From: Candidatus Dojkabacteria bacterium | Lineage (GTDB): Bacteria; Patescibacteriota; Dojkabacteria; B142; OLB20 | DNA length: 64,000 nt | Direction of reading: 5' to 3' | Assembly: GCA_030583785.1 (NCBI GenBank) | Contig: CP129475.1 | Location: 159,559 to 223,558 of the forward strand | Shown here: one piece after another, positions 50,598-60,238 of the stretch | Layout of the letters: every line of letters starts with the position of its first letter | How positions within the stretch are numbered: the first letter of the stretch is position 1 | Position numbers and translations under genes: made by a program | Notes under the pieces: model-generated | What the model saw: the letters and a program-made list of their open reading frames with translations, nothing else | Databases searched by the model: none | What the model was told of the DNA's origin: nothing

Positions 50598-51729
50598 TTG
50601 CAAAAATACTAACAACTGAAGTACCTCCGCTACCCCCGACATTATGGGCAAGTGCAAAATTTGGAATATTTGCTAGCTGTCTTTTACCGGCTTGACCTGT
50701 CATTTGTTCAAATATCTCAACCACTTGCTTTATTCCTGTAGCACCTACCGGGTGACCGCATGATTTTAAGCCGCCCGATGTATTTACGGGAAGAGCACCA
50801 TCTCTATAAGCGCTCTTATCTTCTATCAATTCAAATCCTTTTCCTTCTTTTGCAAAGCCGAGATCTTCGTAAGCTATAATTTCTGCAATTGAGAAACAAT
50901 CGTGAAGTTCAACAAGTCCGATGTTTTTTCTGCTAATACCAGCTTCTTTAAAGGCTAAATCTGCTGATCGAACTGTCGCATCAATGCTTGTAAAAGATGG
51001 TCTGTTTTGCAAAGAAATACTCCCAGTTGAAACCTGGCTTGATAGTAGTTGGATTTTTGACTTTTGCACCGAAAGAACAATTCCAGCAGCTCCATCTGTA
51101 ATTGGTGAACAATCAAGCAATCCAAGTGGATCAGCAACAGCTGGTGCACCAACGACATCTTCTACTGTTATTTCCTTTTGAAACTGCGCTTTCTCATTTA
51201 ATGTCCCATGGAAATGGTTCTTAACACTTACTTCTGCGAGTTGTTCTTTGGTAAGACCGAATTTGCTCATGTAAGCTCTAGCCATCATTGCGTAGAGTGA
51301 AGGAAAAGTTGCTCCAAAGTAAGCTTCGTATTCTTCGTCAGCAGCTCTTGCTAGCACCTTTGTAACATCATTAGCTGAGACATCGGTCATCTTTTCTACA
51401 CCAATTACTAAAACATTTTTACAGTTGTTTGCAAGCATGTAAGATTTAGCAAGGTTAATTGCTACTCCGCCACTTGCACATGCAGCTTCGATACGAAAAG
51501 CAGGAACATTTATATCAAGCTGGGAAGCAATCAATGAACCCAGATGATCTTGACCGCTGAGACTTGATGAACCCATGTTGGCAACAAAAATTGCATCAAT
51601 AGCTTTTCTTTCAATCTCTGCAGATTGTAGTGCTGATTTTGCCGCATCAATTGCCAACGATCTAAGATCTTCTTTCCAGAGTTCTCCGAATCTTGTCATT
51701 CCTGCTCCAGATACATAGACTTTCTTCAT
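50590..51729 (-). CDS. acetyl-CoA acetyltransferase (archaeal-type thiolase)
   Basis: 'EAACASGGVAINLAKSYM' active-site Cys, 'NTSGGLKSCGHPVGATG' C-terminal thiolase signature; 379 aa. Confidence 0.8.
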   Translation of the reverse strand: MKKVYVSGAGMTRFGELWKEDLRSLAIDAAKSALQSAEIERKAIDAIFVANMGSSSLSGQDHLGSLIASQLDINVPAFRIEAACASGGVAINLAKSYMLANNCKNVLVIGVEKMTDVSANDVTKVLARAADEEYEAYFGATFPSLYAMMARAYMSKFGLTKEQLAEVSVKNHFHGTLNEKAQFQKEITVEDVVGAPAVADPLGLLDCSPITDGAAGIVLSVQKSKIQLLSSQVSTGSISLQNRPSFTSIDATVRSADLAFKEAGISRKNIGLVELHDCFSIAEIIAYEDLGFAKEGKGFELIEDKSAYRDGALPVNTSGGLKSCGHPVGATGIKQVVEIFEQMTGQAGKRQLANIPNFALAHNVGGSGGTSVVSIFANV

Positions 51730-52805
51730 AATTTAATCTTGCCAACCGAAGTAATGTAGTAAGAATAATCAACATAAGTTTTATTCTCAATTTGTTCTTT
51801 AACAGTCTGGGAATTCTTGTAGTTCTTTATATTTTTCGTTGTCTCAATTATGAAAGCATCACTTCCAGAGCCTGAACCGTATGAACATACAAAAATCTTC
51901 TCATTTGGCTTTGCAACATCTAGCACAGCGGCTAAACCAACAAGTGAACATGCAGAATATGAGTTACCAAGAAGAGGTACAGTAAAACCTGCTCTCAATT
52001 GTTCAGCATTGAAACCTAAATCTTTTGCTGCTTTCTGCGGAAAACGAGCATTAGGCATGTGAAAAACAGCATGGGCAAAATCTGAAGGCTTGTAATTTGA
52101 TTCTTCAAGAATTACTTTCGTTGCAGCATAAACATGTTTAAAGTAGGCAGGTTCACCCGTGAACCTGCCGGCATGACTAGGGTATAATTCATGTCCTCTT
52201 CTCCAGAAATCAGGAGTGTCACTTGTAAACGAACTTGAAAACAGCACATTCGCAATAATTTCTTTCGGATCAGTTCCTATAAGATATGCGGCACCTGCTG
52301 CAGCTGCACTATATTCAAGGGCATCTGCTGGTCTGCTTTGCGCTGTGTCTGCTCCGATAGCCAAGCCATATTCAATCATTTTTGAAGAAGAGAGGCCTAA
52401 GATCATCTGTAAGGCGGCTGTTCCAGCCTTACATGCAAATTCTGTGTCAGCGGCAGTGTAAGAGTTTCCTATTCCAAGAGCCTCGCCAACGATAGCCGAA
52501 GTAGATTTTACTGCGTAAGGGTGGCTTTCTGAACCAGTATATATCGCACCTATCTTTAGTTTCTTAGCTGAGATATTATCAACTGCATACTTTGCTGATT
52601 GCATGGCAAGAGATATTGTATCTTCATCTGGTGCGGGAACTGTTTTTTCAACGAGTCCCAAAGAAGAAGTGATTTGTTCACCGTCTTTTCCCCATACCGA
52701 AGCAATTGTATTAATACTAATCCTTCTTCTGGGAATTGACACTCCGTAACTTACTATTCCTGAATTATTTATTTTCATGTCTACCTCCTCGTCCAAATTT
52801 TTCAT
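51726..52805 (-). CDS. hydroxymethylglutaryl-CoA synthase (archaeal-type; likely start at internal ATG 52778)
   Basis: 'GIVSYGVSIPRRRISINTIASVWGKD', 'ACKAGTAALQ' catalytic Cys; 359 aa; overlaps the HMGR stop. Confidence 0.8.
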   Translation of the reverse strand: MKNLDEEVDMKINNSGIVSYGVSIPRRRISINTIASVWGKDGEQITSSLGLVEKTVPAPDEDTISLAMQSAKYAVDNISAKKLKIGAIYTGSESHPYAVKSTSAIVGEALGIGNSYTAADTEFACKAGTAALQMILGLSSSKMIEYGLAIGADTAQSRPADALEYSAAAAGAAYLIGTDPKEIIANVLFSSSFTSDTPDFWRRGHELYPSHAGRFTGEPAYFKHVYAATKVILEESNYKPSDFAHAVFHMPNARFPQKAAKDLGFNAEQLRAGFTVPLLGNSYSACSLVGLAAVLDVAKPNEKIFVCSYGSGSGSDAFIIETTKNIKNYKNSQTVKEQIENKTYVDYSYYITSVGKIKL

Positions 52806-54042
52806 GAGCAGATGCTAATGTACCTTGAGCAAGCGCCGCATGAAGGCTAATTTCTGCGGCCATAACACCACAAGCAAGAATTTCTGCAAAGGCTAATACT
52901 CGATTTGTAGAAATTGTTCGCTTTGAGCTTATATCTGTAAGCATTAAGTCTCTAGCTGTCTTCTGGGCTGGCAGAGAAGTACCTCCACCTACATCACCAG
53001 CAGGAACACTTGGAAGCGTAACAGATACATAGAGATTATTATTATCTTCTTCCATGAGACAGTAACCGGCTGAAGCGTCTACAACATGTGCCAAGTCTTG
53101 TCCGGTTGCGGCAAACACAGCAGCAACGATATTGGCAAAATGAGCGTTATAACCAAGATTAGAACCTGCATAAGCGCTTCCATGCCATACCTTGACTTTA
53201 TTCACTTCTACTATGCTTGCAATATCCGTTTTTAGAACTTTTGTTACTATCTCTGCAGGAATCTTTACTTCAGCCTGTACACTTATGCCTCTTCCGTTAA
53301 TTATGTTGATCATTGCCTGTTTTTTATCTGTACAGAGATTACCAGAAAGAGCTACCAACCTTGCCGTAGGATAGTGCTGTTGAATATAGTCGCAGATTTG
53401 TTGCGCAGCTTTAGTTGCCATATTCATGCCCATTGCATCCCCAGTATAGAATGAAAGCCTGAGCCAGACTTCTCGTCCCAGCTGATAACAAGTTATGTCT
53501 TTAAACTTTAGATAATGACTGTTCTTTTCTGATTCGCTTTGAAGTAGAATTTTGTTTGTATGTACCCAATTTATAAATGCTTCTGCGTCTGAGATACTAT
53601 CAAGTTTAAAAACAGGAGCACGAGTCATACCATTATTTTTAGCATGAGCTGATGCACCTCCTGCCATGTTAATTGCTTTTGCGCCACGACTAGTGCTTGC
53701 AACAAGGGTTCCTTCTGTTGTGGCCATTGGCAAGAAGTAACTGCCATTAGAATTCCCACCAGATATTTTAATAGGTCCGGCAATTCCGAGTGGCAACTGA
53801 ATTGATCCAATTAGATTTTCAATATTCCGTTTTTGCAGTTTTCCTGGCTCTAAAGAGATATCACTGACCGATGCTAAATCTTGTTCAACAAGGTCTTCAA
53901 TGTATTTTCTTCTATTTATCATTGATTCTTCAGGTGAGACATCTGTATCAAAGGATTGAAGCGGAATAATTTCTGATGCTGATTTCGGACTGCTTAATTG
54001 CGCCATTGCGCCATGTAAAAAGTAAACAGAATTATAGTACAA
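52765..54042 (-). CDS. hydroxymethylglutaryl-CoA reductase, class I
   Basis: 'YTGDAMGMNMATKA', 'GTEGTLVASTSRGAKA', 'VDASAGYCLMEED'; 425 aa. Confidence 0.85.
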   Translation of the reverse strand: MYYNSVYFLHGAMAQLSSPKSASEIIPLQSFDTDVSPEESMINRRKYIEDLVEQDLASVSDISLEPGKLQKRNIENLIGSIQLPLGIAGPIKISGGNSNGSYFLPMATTEGTLVASTSRGAKAINMAGGASAHAKNNGMTRAPVFKLDSISDAEAFINWVHTNKILLQSESEKNSHYLKFKDITCYQLGREVWLRLSFYTGDAMGMNMATKAAQQICDYIQQHYPTARLVALSGNLCTDKKQAMINIINGRGISVQAEVKIPAEIVTKVLKTDIASIVEVNKVKVWHGSAYAGSNLGYNAHFANIVAAVFAATGQDLAHVVDASAGYCLMEEDNNNLYVSVTLPSVPAGDVGGGTSLPAQKTARDLMLTDISSKRTISTNRVLAFAEILACGVMAAEISLHAALAQGTLASAHEKFGRGGRHENK

Positions 54043-54118
54043 AATAATCCAAACAAAAGATAGAGGATAGTTCTGTTTTCGAATTAAAATATTTTGTAAA
54101 GCATGTTAGTATAAATTT

Positions 54119-55003
54119 ATGAAAGATACAGCAATAGAAATTATTAATCTGCATAAGTCTTTTGGTCAAGTTCAGGCTGTTAAAGGTTTGAATCTAGAAG
54201 TTCATAGGGGTGAAATATTTGGATTCTTGGGCCCAAATGGTGCAGGTAAAACTACGACTATCAGGACAATGTTAAATTTTATAATTCCGGATCAAGGAAA
54301 AATTAAGATACTTGGCCAAAATCCCGCCTTTAACTCACAAATACTAATGCGCGAAATCGGTTACATCGCAGGCGAAATTGCCCTCTGGGATAATTATAAG
54401 GTCGGAAGCTTCCTGAATGCTTTAGAAGATATTCGTGGCGAGAGCGGAGCGATTCGCAATTCCCTTATCGAAAGATTTCAACTTGATGAACATAAAAAGA
54501 TCAAAAGCCTGTCTAAGGGCAATAAGCAAAAGGTTGCCATAATACAAGCTTTTATGCACGAGCCAAAAGTATTGATACTAGACGAGCCAAGTTCGGGACT
54601 TGATCCAATCTTACAAAACGAGTTTTATCATCTTCTGGCAGAAGTCAAACACAGGGGAGGAACAGTTTTCTTCTCATCACATGTACTTTCTGAAGTGCAA
54701 AAAGTATGCGATCGTGTTGCCGTAATTAAAGATGGAGAGCTTGTAAGTATTGAAACAATTAGCGAACTACGAAATAAAAATATCTTTCGCATAGAGCTTA
54801 CCTATAGCGGAAAAGGGCCGACAGAAAATGATTTTGGTAAGGATAACATTGAAAACTTTGAAACATCAGCTAATAATTTAATCAGATTTACCTATAAAGG
54901 AGAAATTAATTCTTTACTGGCTATTCTGAATCAATTTGACCTTGCTAATCTTACGATAAGCGAACCGAGTATCGAAGATATTTTTCTTGCTTATTACAAC
55001 TAA
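54119..55003 (+). CDS. ABC transporter ATP-binding protein
   Basis: Walker A 'GPNGAGKTT', ABC signature 'LSKGNKQKV', Walker B 'LILDEP'. Confidence 0.8.
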   Translation: MKDTAIEIINLHKSFGQVQAVKGLNLEVHRGEIFGFLGPNGAGKTTTIRTMLNFIIPDQGKIKILGQNPAFNSQILMREIGYIAGEIALWDNYKVGSFLNALEDIRGESGAIRNSLIERFQLDEHKKIKSLSKGNKQKVAIIQAFMHEPKVLILDEPSSGLDPILQNEFYHLLAEVKHRGGTVFFSSHVLSEVQKVCDRVAVIKDGELVSIETISELRNKNIFRIELTYSGKGPTENDFGKDNIENFETSANNLIRFTYKGEINSLLAILNQFDLANLTISEPSIEDIFLAYYN

Positions 55004-55008
55004 TCTCG

Positions 55009-55836
55009 ATGAAAAGGCTGCTGACATTGATAAGGCATGATTTAAACGATAGCAAGATCGGATTAATTTCTGTTGTAGTTATTGCACTTTCTATCGGAGC
55101 ATTATTTGGCGCCTTTTACCCAACCATTCGTGAGAATGCAGATGGCATCGCCATGCTTGCTCAAGGCGAAATTGCAGCTCTATTCTTTAACATCAGCGCC
55201 GATGATGTCGCAGATTTTGATTTCAGTGACTACAATGTCTATATCAGCACAGAATACTTCAGCTTCTTTTGGGCAGTATTATTCGTTCCATTTCTAATCT
55301 CTTGGGGAGTAAAAATGGCAGGTCAAGCAGAAAAGGGCACTCTAGCATTGCTTCTGGCGCACCCTGTAAGCAGAACAGATGCTGTTAACAGCCAACTTCT
55401 TTCGTTAGCCGCCAAAGCAGCTTTGACAGCCTTTGCTTTCATTGTTAGTGCAGGTCTACCTGCATTATTTATCGAAGATACAAATCTTGATTTAGTTGCC
55501 TGGCTTAGAGTCGGGGTATTCTATTTGGTCATCTTTATTACGATCAGCTACATAGCTTTTGCCGCATCAATTGTTACCATGTCGAAGCTCAAAGGAATCT
55601 GGATTACAACTGTAATCATTGTTTTGGGTTATCTGTTTAATACAATCTCAAATCTAGTTAGCGAAGTTGAATTCCTAAAGTATGCATCACTCTGGCATTA
55701 TATGGGAAATACCACAAAACAGCTCCAGGGCGAACCACTTTATACCCTAGGATTCCTTGTATTCTTACTGGTTGCAATTATATGCATTGTTATTCCGGTT
55801 CTTGTCTTTGATAAGAAGAACCTTCCCAACGGTTAA
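55009..55836 (+). CDS. ABC-2 family permease
   Basis: Six predicted TM helices; immediately downstream of the ABC ATPase. Confidence 0.55.
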   Translation: MKRLLTLIRHDLNDSKIGLISVVVIALSIGALFGAFYPTIRENADGIAMLAQGEIAALFFNISADDVADFDFSDYNVYISTEYFSFFWAVLFVPFLISWGVKMAGQAEKGTLALLLAHPVSRTDAVNSQLLSLAAKAALTAFAFIVSAGLPALFIEDTNLDLVAWLRVGVFYLVIFITISYIAFAASIVTMSKLKGIWITTVIIVLGYLFNTISNLVSEVEFLKYASLWHYMGNTTKQLQGEPLYTLGFLVFLLVAIICIVIPVLVFDKKNLPNG

Positions 55837-57532
55837 ATATCTCTGATAACTGAATATAGTTATCGTAATTGGCTCTAATGACTCTTGTTGGTAGAGCAGG
55901 ACAAGTCACAGTCCGCGTTAGTGGATCTGTATGCACCGAATCATCGCTTTGAATTATCAGCCTTTTACCACTGCTTCGTTGCTCAACCTTATAAGAACCA
56001 TTAACCATATGGTAAAGACTCGGGAAAGGTGGCTGCTGTGCAAAACTTGTTAAATGCATTTTTGCAAACCTACTTACCTCAGTGTAACCAGCATTTATAT
56101 ATGGGGCTTGCAGAGTTGTAGCAAGTTGTCTAACTCTAGGCATCAGAATATTATGTAAAACAGTGTTGTATTGAGCCGACTGCGGATTACGAGCAGGAAA
56201 GAAATCAATTTCCTCGTCACTCAGAACAGCTCTTAATATATTCCTAACAATTTCTTCTAAGGCTTCTTTGTTGAAATCTGAATCGTGTTCATATAGTTGA
56301 CTGTACTTCTCAAATCCTTGGCTGACAATACTTGCAATTTCATGCGAGTCATTTATTGTTAACTCAGCGTATTCTCTAAGTCTTATTGCATTTAGATAGT
56401 TGCGCATAAACGAAACTATCGTTTCAAATCCCGACCTGATTGATTCCTTAGGATCTGTAAAATCAAAAGTTTCAAGTCTGGCCCTAAACACATCCTCAAG
56501 ATTTGAATGCAGCCAAGCGATGATATCTTCTTCGGATTGCAGGTCTTTCACACTATCAGCAAGTGAATGAAGTCTTCGAAGCTCGTTGAAGGCTTGAGTT
56601 ATTACAGACTCATCTAAAATTAACCCTAATCGGTCGAGAACCAGATTAATATTATATTTAAACTGCGCCTCGTCTACTTCTGTTGTTTCAAGTGTAGTTT
56701 CAAGAGTTCTTTGTATTTTTTCCTGCCTCGAATCTAGACTACCTAATTCGGATTTCTTAAAGAATAGATTATTATAGTCGAGCGTTTCTTCTTGAAAAGA
56801 CTGCATAATTATTAGAATTGCAGATTTTCTCGCTGCAAGTCTCAAAGTATCTTCGTAGTCGAAATGCATGTCATTAGAAACCAGCTCCTCAATAAATGTG
56901 TCCATCCTAGAGTATGGCTCGCTTGCGAGCTCATTAATTCTATCGATAAGCCTTTGTCTTTCGGGTGTATGTACAGAAGCAAAATAGTTCCTTAAAGCAG
57001 CTTCGAACAAGTCATTTTGCAATCGACCAAGTACATCTTCACTGGTTGAAATTAAAGAATACTCAGGTGTGTAGAATATACCGTCGGCTTGATTACACAT
57101 GGCAAGTTGCCAATCGCCATCTTCTGTGCGGAAATAATATTTCTTTAATCTATCTTCTTCGATCTTTTGACCTTCGCTGATTCGACCCAGATTAATTGTC
57201 TGATTTCGAGAATTTGCATCTATAACAATCCTGAATTCTCCTGCAGATATATCTAAGGCTCCTGTTTCAAGCTGCTCCATTGCTTGACTAATCAAAGGTG
57301 TATAGAACTCGTCGTGGATTGCATCAATGTGGTAAGCAAATAAGGCGAACCTCTCCATTTTTGATACATCCCACTCAGGGGTACCGTGTGGCATTCTTTG
57401 CCTAAGCGCATCTCGTAAATCTATTGACGAGTCAGATCCAGCTTGAGCAAGTGAGTTAACTACCCGTAATGCATCAATAAGCAGGAATGGTCTACCTCCT
57501 ACTTGATTATGTTCATATGGACATCCACTCAT
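55790..57532 (-). CDS. large uncharacterised cytoplasmic protein (580 aa)
   Basis: No recognisable motif; co-directional with, and immediately downstream of, the 827-aa Tat-signal protein. Confidence 0.4.
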   Translation of the reverse strand: MSGCPYEHNQVGGRPFLLIDALRVVNSLAQAGSDSSIDLRDALRQRMPHGTPEWDVSKMERFALFAYHIDAIHDEFYTPLISQAMEQLETGALDISAGEFRIVIDANSRNQTINLGRISEGQKIEEDRLKKYYFRTEDGDWQLAMCNQADGIFYTPEYSLISTSEDVLGRLQNDLFEAALRNYFASVHTPERQRLIDRINELASEPYSRMDTFIEELVSNDMHFDYEDTLRLAARKSAILIIMQSFQEETLDYNNLFFKKSELGSLDSRQEKIQRTLETTLETTEVDEAQFKYNINLVLDRLGLILDESVITQAFNELRRLHSLADSVKDLQSEEDIIAWLHSNLEDVFRARLETFDFTDPKESIRSGFETIVSFMRNYLNAIRLREYAELTINDSHEIASIVSQGFEKYSQLYEHDSDFNKEALEEIVRNILRAVLSDEEIDFFPARNPQSAQYNTVLHNILMPRVRQLATTLQAPYINAGYTEVSRFAKMHLTSFAQQPPFPSLYHMVNGSYKVEQRSSGKRLIIQSDDSVHTDPLTRTVTCPALPTRVIRANYDNYIQLSEIFNRWEGSSYQRQEPE

Positions 57533-57597
57533 AAATCCCGTTTAAAATATATCCATTATATCACACGGGAATTGATTGAGTTATTTTCTTTTTAAGC

Positions 57598-60081
57598 CTA
57601 GACTCTCTGTCCCATGAACATCCTAAAAAAATCCGCTCTTGTCAAACCTTGACCTTCTTGTTGATTGTTAACTGCCTCTGCTAGGGCAGACTCAAGTTTA
57701 GGTATTTCGTTGAGATCAAGCTCGTTCATTATGCCAAATTTGTAGATTAGTGAATTTACTATTGTCATCTGAATGTAAAGAGCAATAGATGCTGGAATTC
57801 CTACCATAGAGCTACCGATGATGTCCTGTACTGCAAGGCTAAGATTATTATAATGTGCGCTGCATCCGACCATACTACCCATACCTCCAGCCTGTGATGC
57901 TGAGTATCCTTTTTGTATCTCAAGCGTGACATATTTTCTAACTTGATCAATTGGTTTTCCATCCGCCAAGAATCTTTGTGCATCTGCAAGAATACTATTT
58001 ATATCTACAGACATGGAGAAACCATTATCCGCAAATCCACTTAGAAGCATTAGAGCAAAGTGCATCGTTTGATTTTCTAGTGCAATATCAATCAGTGAAC
58101 TATCTCCGGATACAGGATCTGTAAGTTCTGCTGTTCTAAAACTATTTAAATCGTGTTTAACGACACCCGCTACAAAAGGAGTGTTAAGCAACTGATAAGG
58201 CAATACATTCATTGCATCAGCAAGTATATGATGCAAAGTATGTTCGTAATTTTCATAACTGAAGGCGACATTGACAAGTGCTTCGAGTTCAGCAAGAATA
58301 TCTGACACTTTATCACCGACGACTGGTATCTTTCTAATTGCCTCTATCATAACGCTTAATTCGGAGCTGTGGTGAGGTGGAATTATCGCCATTGTATCCA
58401 CAGAATCATATCCGTGTGTTTCAAAGTGCCTATATGCATCTACTACTTCGTGGTCATGATCACTAAGATCAACTCCTGCCATTTCCGCCTCTTTCATTAA
58501 GAGTATTCTTGAGAGCGGAACACCATTCACATGTTCTCTTAAGTTCCTTCTATGGGAATAATGTTCATGATTCTTTTTGACTAGATGTGGATAATGGGCG
58601 ATGCGATCTAAGGCGCCTCTTCCATAACCAACGATTACATCTTTTGCCCTATTTACAAATTCAGAAGCGGTCAAGCGATCTCCAGTAGTCTTTAATCGTT
58701 CAACAGATTCATCTATCTCTGCCTCTGATTCAGCTGGAATCTCTTCCATAGATCTTGAAAATCTTGCAATTGAATCTTCAACAGATACCGTATTCTCAAT
58801 AATATTCCCATGTCTATCCTTAAATACACCTCTATCATGCTCTCTGGCATAACCAATTGCAGAGATCACCGTTTTAAAACCAACACCCATATTCACTAAC
58901 CTTGCTGGAATAGCATTCAAAGACATGCGGTGCAAGTTGTTGATTCCTAGGTTAAACTGGGCGATTTCTCTAGGTGCAATATCGCCGGCAGCTATTATGG
59001 CATTAGCTAAAGCTACATCTCCTGTAAGATCTGCGACCATAGCTGTCATAAAATACACCATATTCATATCGTAAACTGGTTTACCGTCTTCTGTAAGTTC
59101 GTCATCGACCTTGGCATACTCCCAGATCATATCTCTTGCAAGAGAAACACCTAGGTTAGTAGACAACAAACCACTACCAACAGCCGCATATTTATGAATT
59201 GCCCAATAAAGCATATTTCTCTTCTTATCCTGATCACCGTCTGCTTTTTCAATAATTTTCTTCATTTCTCCATCAACGATGGGTTTAAAGATATCCGCAT
59301 TGACAATGGACAGGGCAATATCAATTCCTACTTTAGCGCTAGCAACCACTGTTTCTTGAATACCATGTTGAAGTTCGTGAACTCTTTCATGATCCCCATT
59401 AATATTCGCAGATTCTAATGAGGCAACAAGAATAGCTCCAGATACAGCATAATCAACTTTATTGAAATGGGGGGGAATATCTTTTTCAAATTTGTCTTGA
59501 TTTGCATATTTAACGAGAGCTTCTTGCATCCAACGATTAGCCCCTGGAATACCTTGAGCTGTTAGTTTACCTAAAGCGTAAATGAAATATGCAGTACCAA
59601 GACGATCAAACATCCTAGCATTTGGATCATGTCCGTGTTCAGTTTCATGCTCTTCGTTGTGAGAATCAGGATCAAGATCAGAAATAAAAGTTACCGCCTC
59701 CGAAACTAGTTCCTGATGTCGTTGATGATTGTCAGGATCTTCATCGAAAGCCTTTTGTAGACTTTCAAAATAGCTGGAGATTCTATCTCCAAACTTAACC
59801 TCGCCACTTTCAGCATCTATGGACATATCTATTTTTGAAAGTACATTTCCTAGGTTGTCAGCTGTACCTCGAAAACTGTCGATAAGATCTTCAGCTGATG
59901 CTTGAATCTCGGCTCTAAATTCAGGATCTTGAATTATTGCTTCTAGTGTCTGTGGCTCAGAGTTGCCATTCGGAAGAATATCTATTAATCCTGTAGCTGC
60001 AAGGCTAAGTCCACCTGTAACTACTCCAGCCTCTTTTAGAAAAGTTCTTCTTGAAAATTCTCTTGGTTGTTGATCACTCAT
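57598..60081 (-). CDS. large uncharacterised protein with twin-arginine (Tat) signal peptide
   Basis: 'MSDQQPREFSRRTFLKEAGVVTGGLSLAATGL' (S-R-R-x-F-L-K + hydrophobic h-region); His-rich 'HNEEHETEHGHD'; 827 aa. Confidence 0.45.
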   Translation of the reverse strand: MSDQQPREFSRRTFLKEAGVVTGGLSLAATGLIDILPNGNSEPQTLEAIIQDPEFRAEIQASAEDLIDSFRGTADNLGNVLSKIDMSIDAESGEVKFGDRISSYFESLQKAFDEDPDNHQRHQELVSEAVTFISDLDPDSHNEEHETEHGHDPNARMFDRLGTAYFIYALGKLTAQGIPGANRWMQEALVKYANQDKFEKDIPPHFNKVDYAVSGAILVASLESANINGDHERVHELQHGIQETVVASAKVGIDIALSIVNADIFKPIVDGEMKKIIEKADGDQDKKRNMLYWAIHKYAAVGSGLLSTNLGVSLARDMIWEYAKVDDELTEDGKPVYDMNMVYFMTAMVADLTGDVALANAIIAAGDIAPREIAQFNLGINNLHRMSLNAIPARLVNMGVGFKTVISAIGYAREHDRGVFKDRHGNIIENTVSVEDSIARFSRSMEEIPAESEAEIDESVERLKTTGDRLTASEFVNRAKDVIVGYGRGALDRIAHYPHLVKKNHEHYSHRRNLREHVNGVPLSRILLMKEAEMAGVDLSDHDHEVVDAYRHFETHGYDSVDTMAIIPPHHSSELSVMIEAIRKIPVVGDKVSDILAELEALVNVAFSYENYEHTLHHILADAMNVLPYQLLNTPFVAGVVKHDLNSFRTAELTDPVSGDSSLIDIALENQTMHFALMLLSGFADNGFSMSVDINSILADAQRFLADGKPIDQVRKYVTLEIQKGYSASQAGGMGSMVGCSAHYNNLSLAVQDIIGSSMVGIPASIALYIQMTIVNSLIYKFGIMNELDLNEIPKLESALAEAVNNQQEGQGLTRADFFRMFMGQRV

Positions 60082-60238
60082 GATATAGGTCTAATATATT
60101 ATCAGTAAATATGAAAACAAAATGATCTTAACATTAGCTCGCTAAGATTATCTGTAGAAAAGATGTTAATATGTCAACAACAATATTGACAAATTAGTAA
60201 GATTTGTCGTAATATAATCACAATTAATACAGATCTCC

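Noticed and set aside
60082-60238. Short inverted repeats (GACAAAT/ATTTGTC, TGTCAA/TTGACA) and a TTGACA-N18-TAATAT promoter-like element upstream of the Fic gene
   Set aside because: Plausible promoter/operator, but the arms are short and the region is AT-rich. Noted only, not called as a feature.
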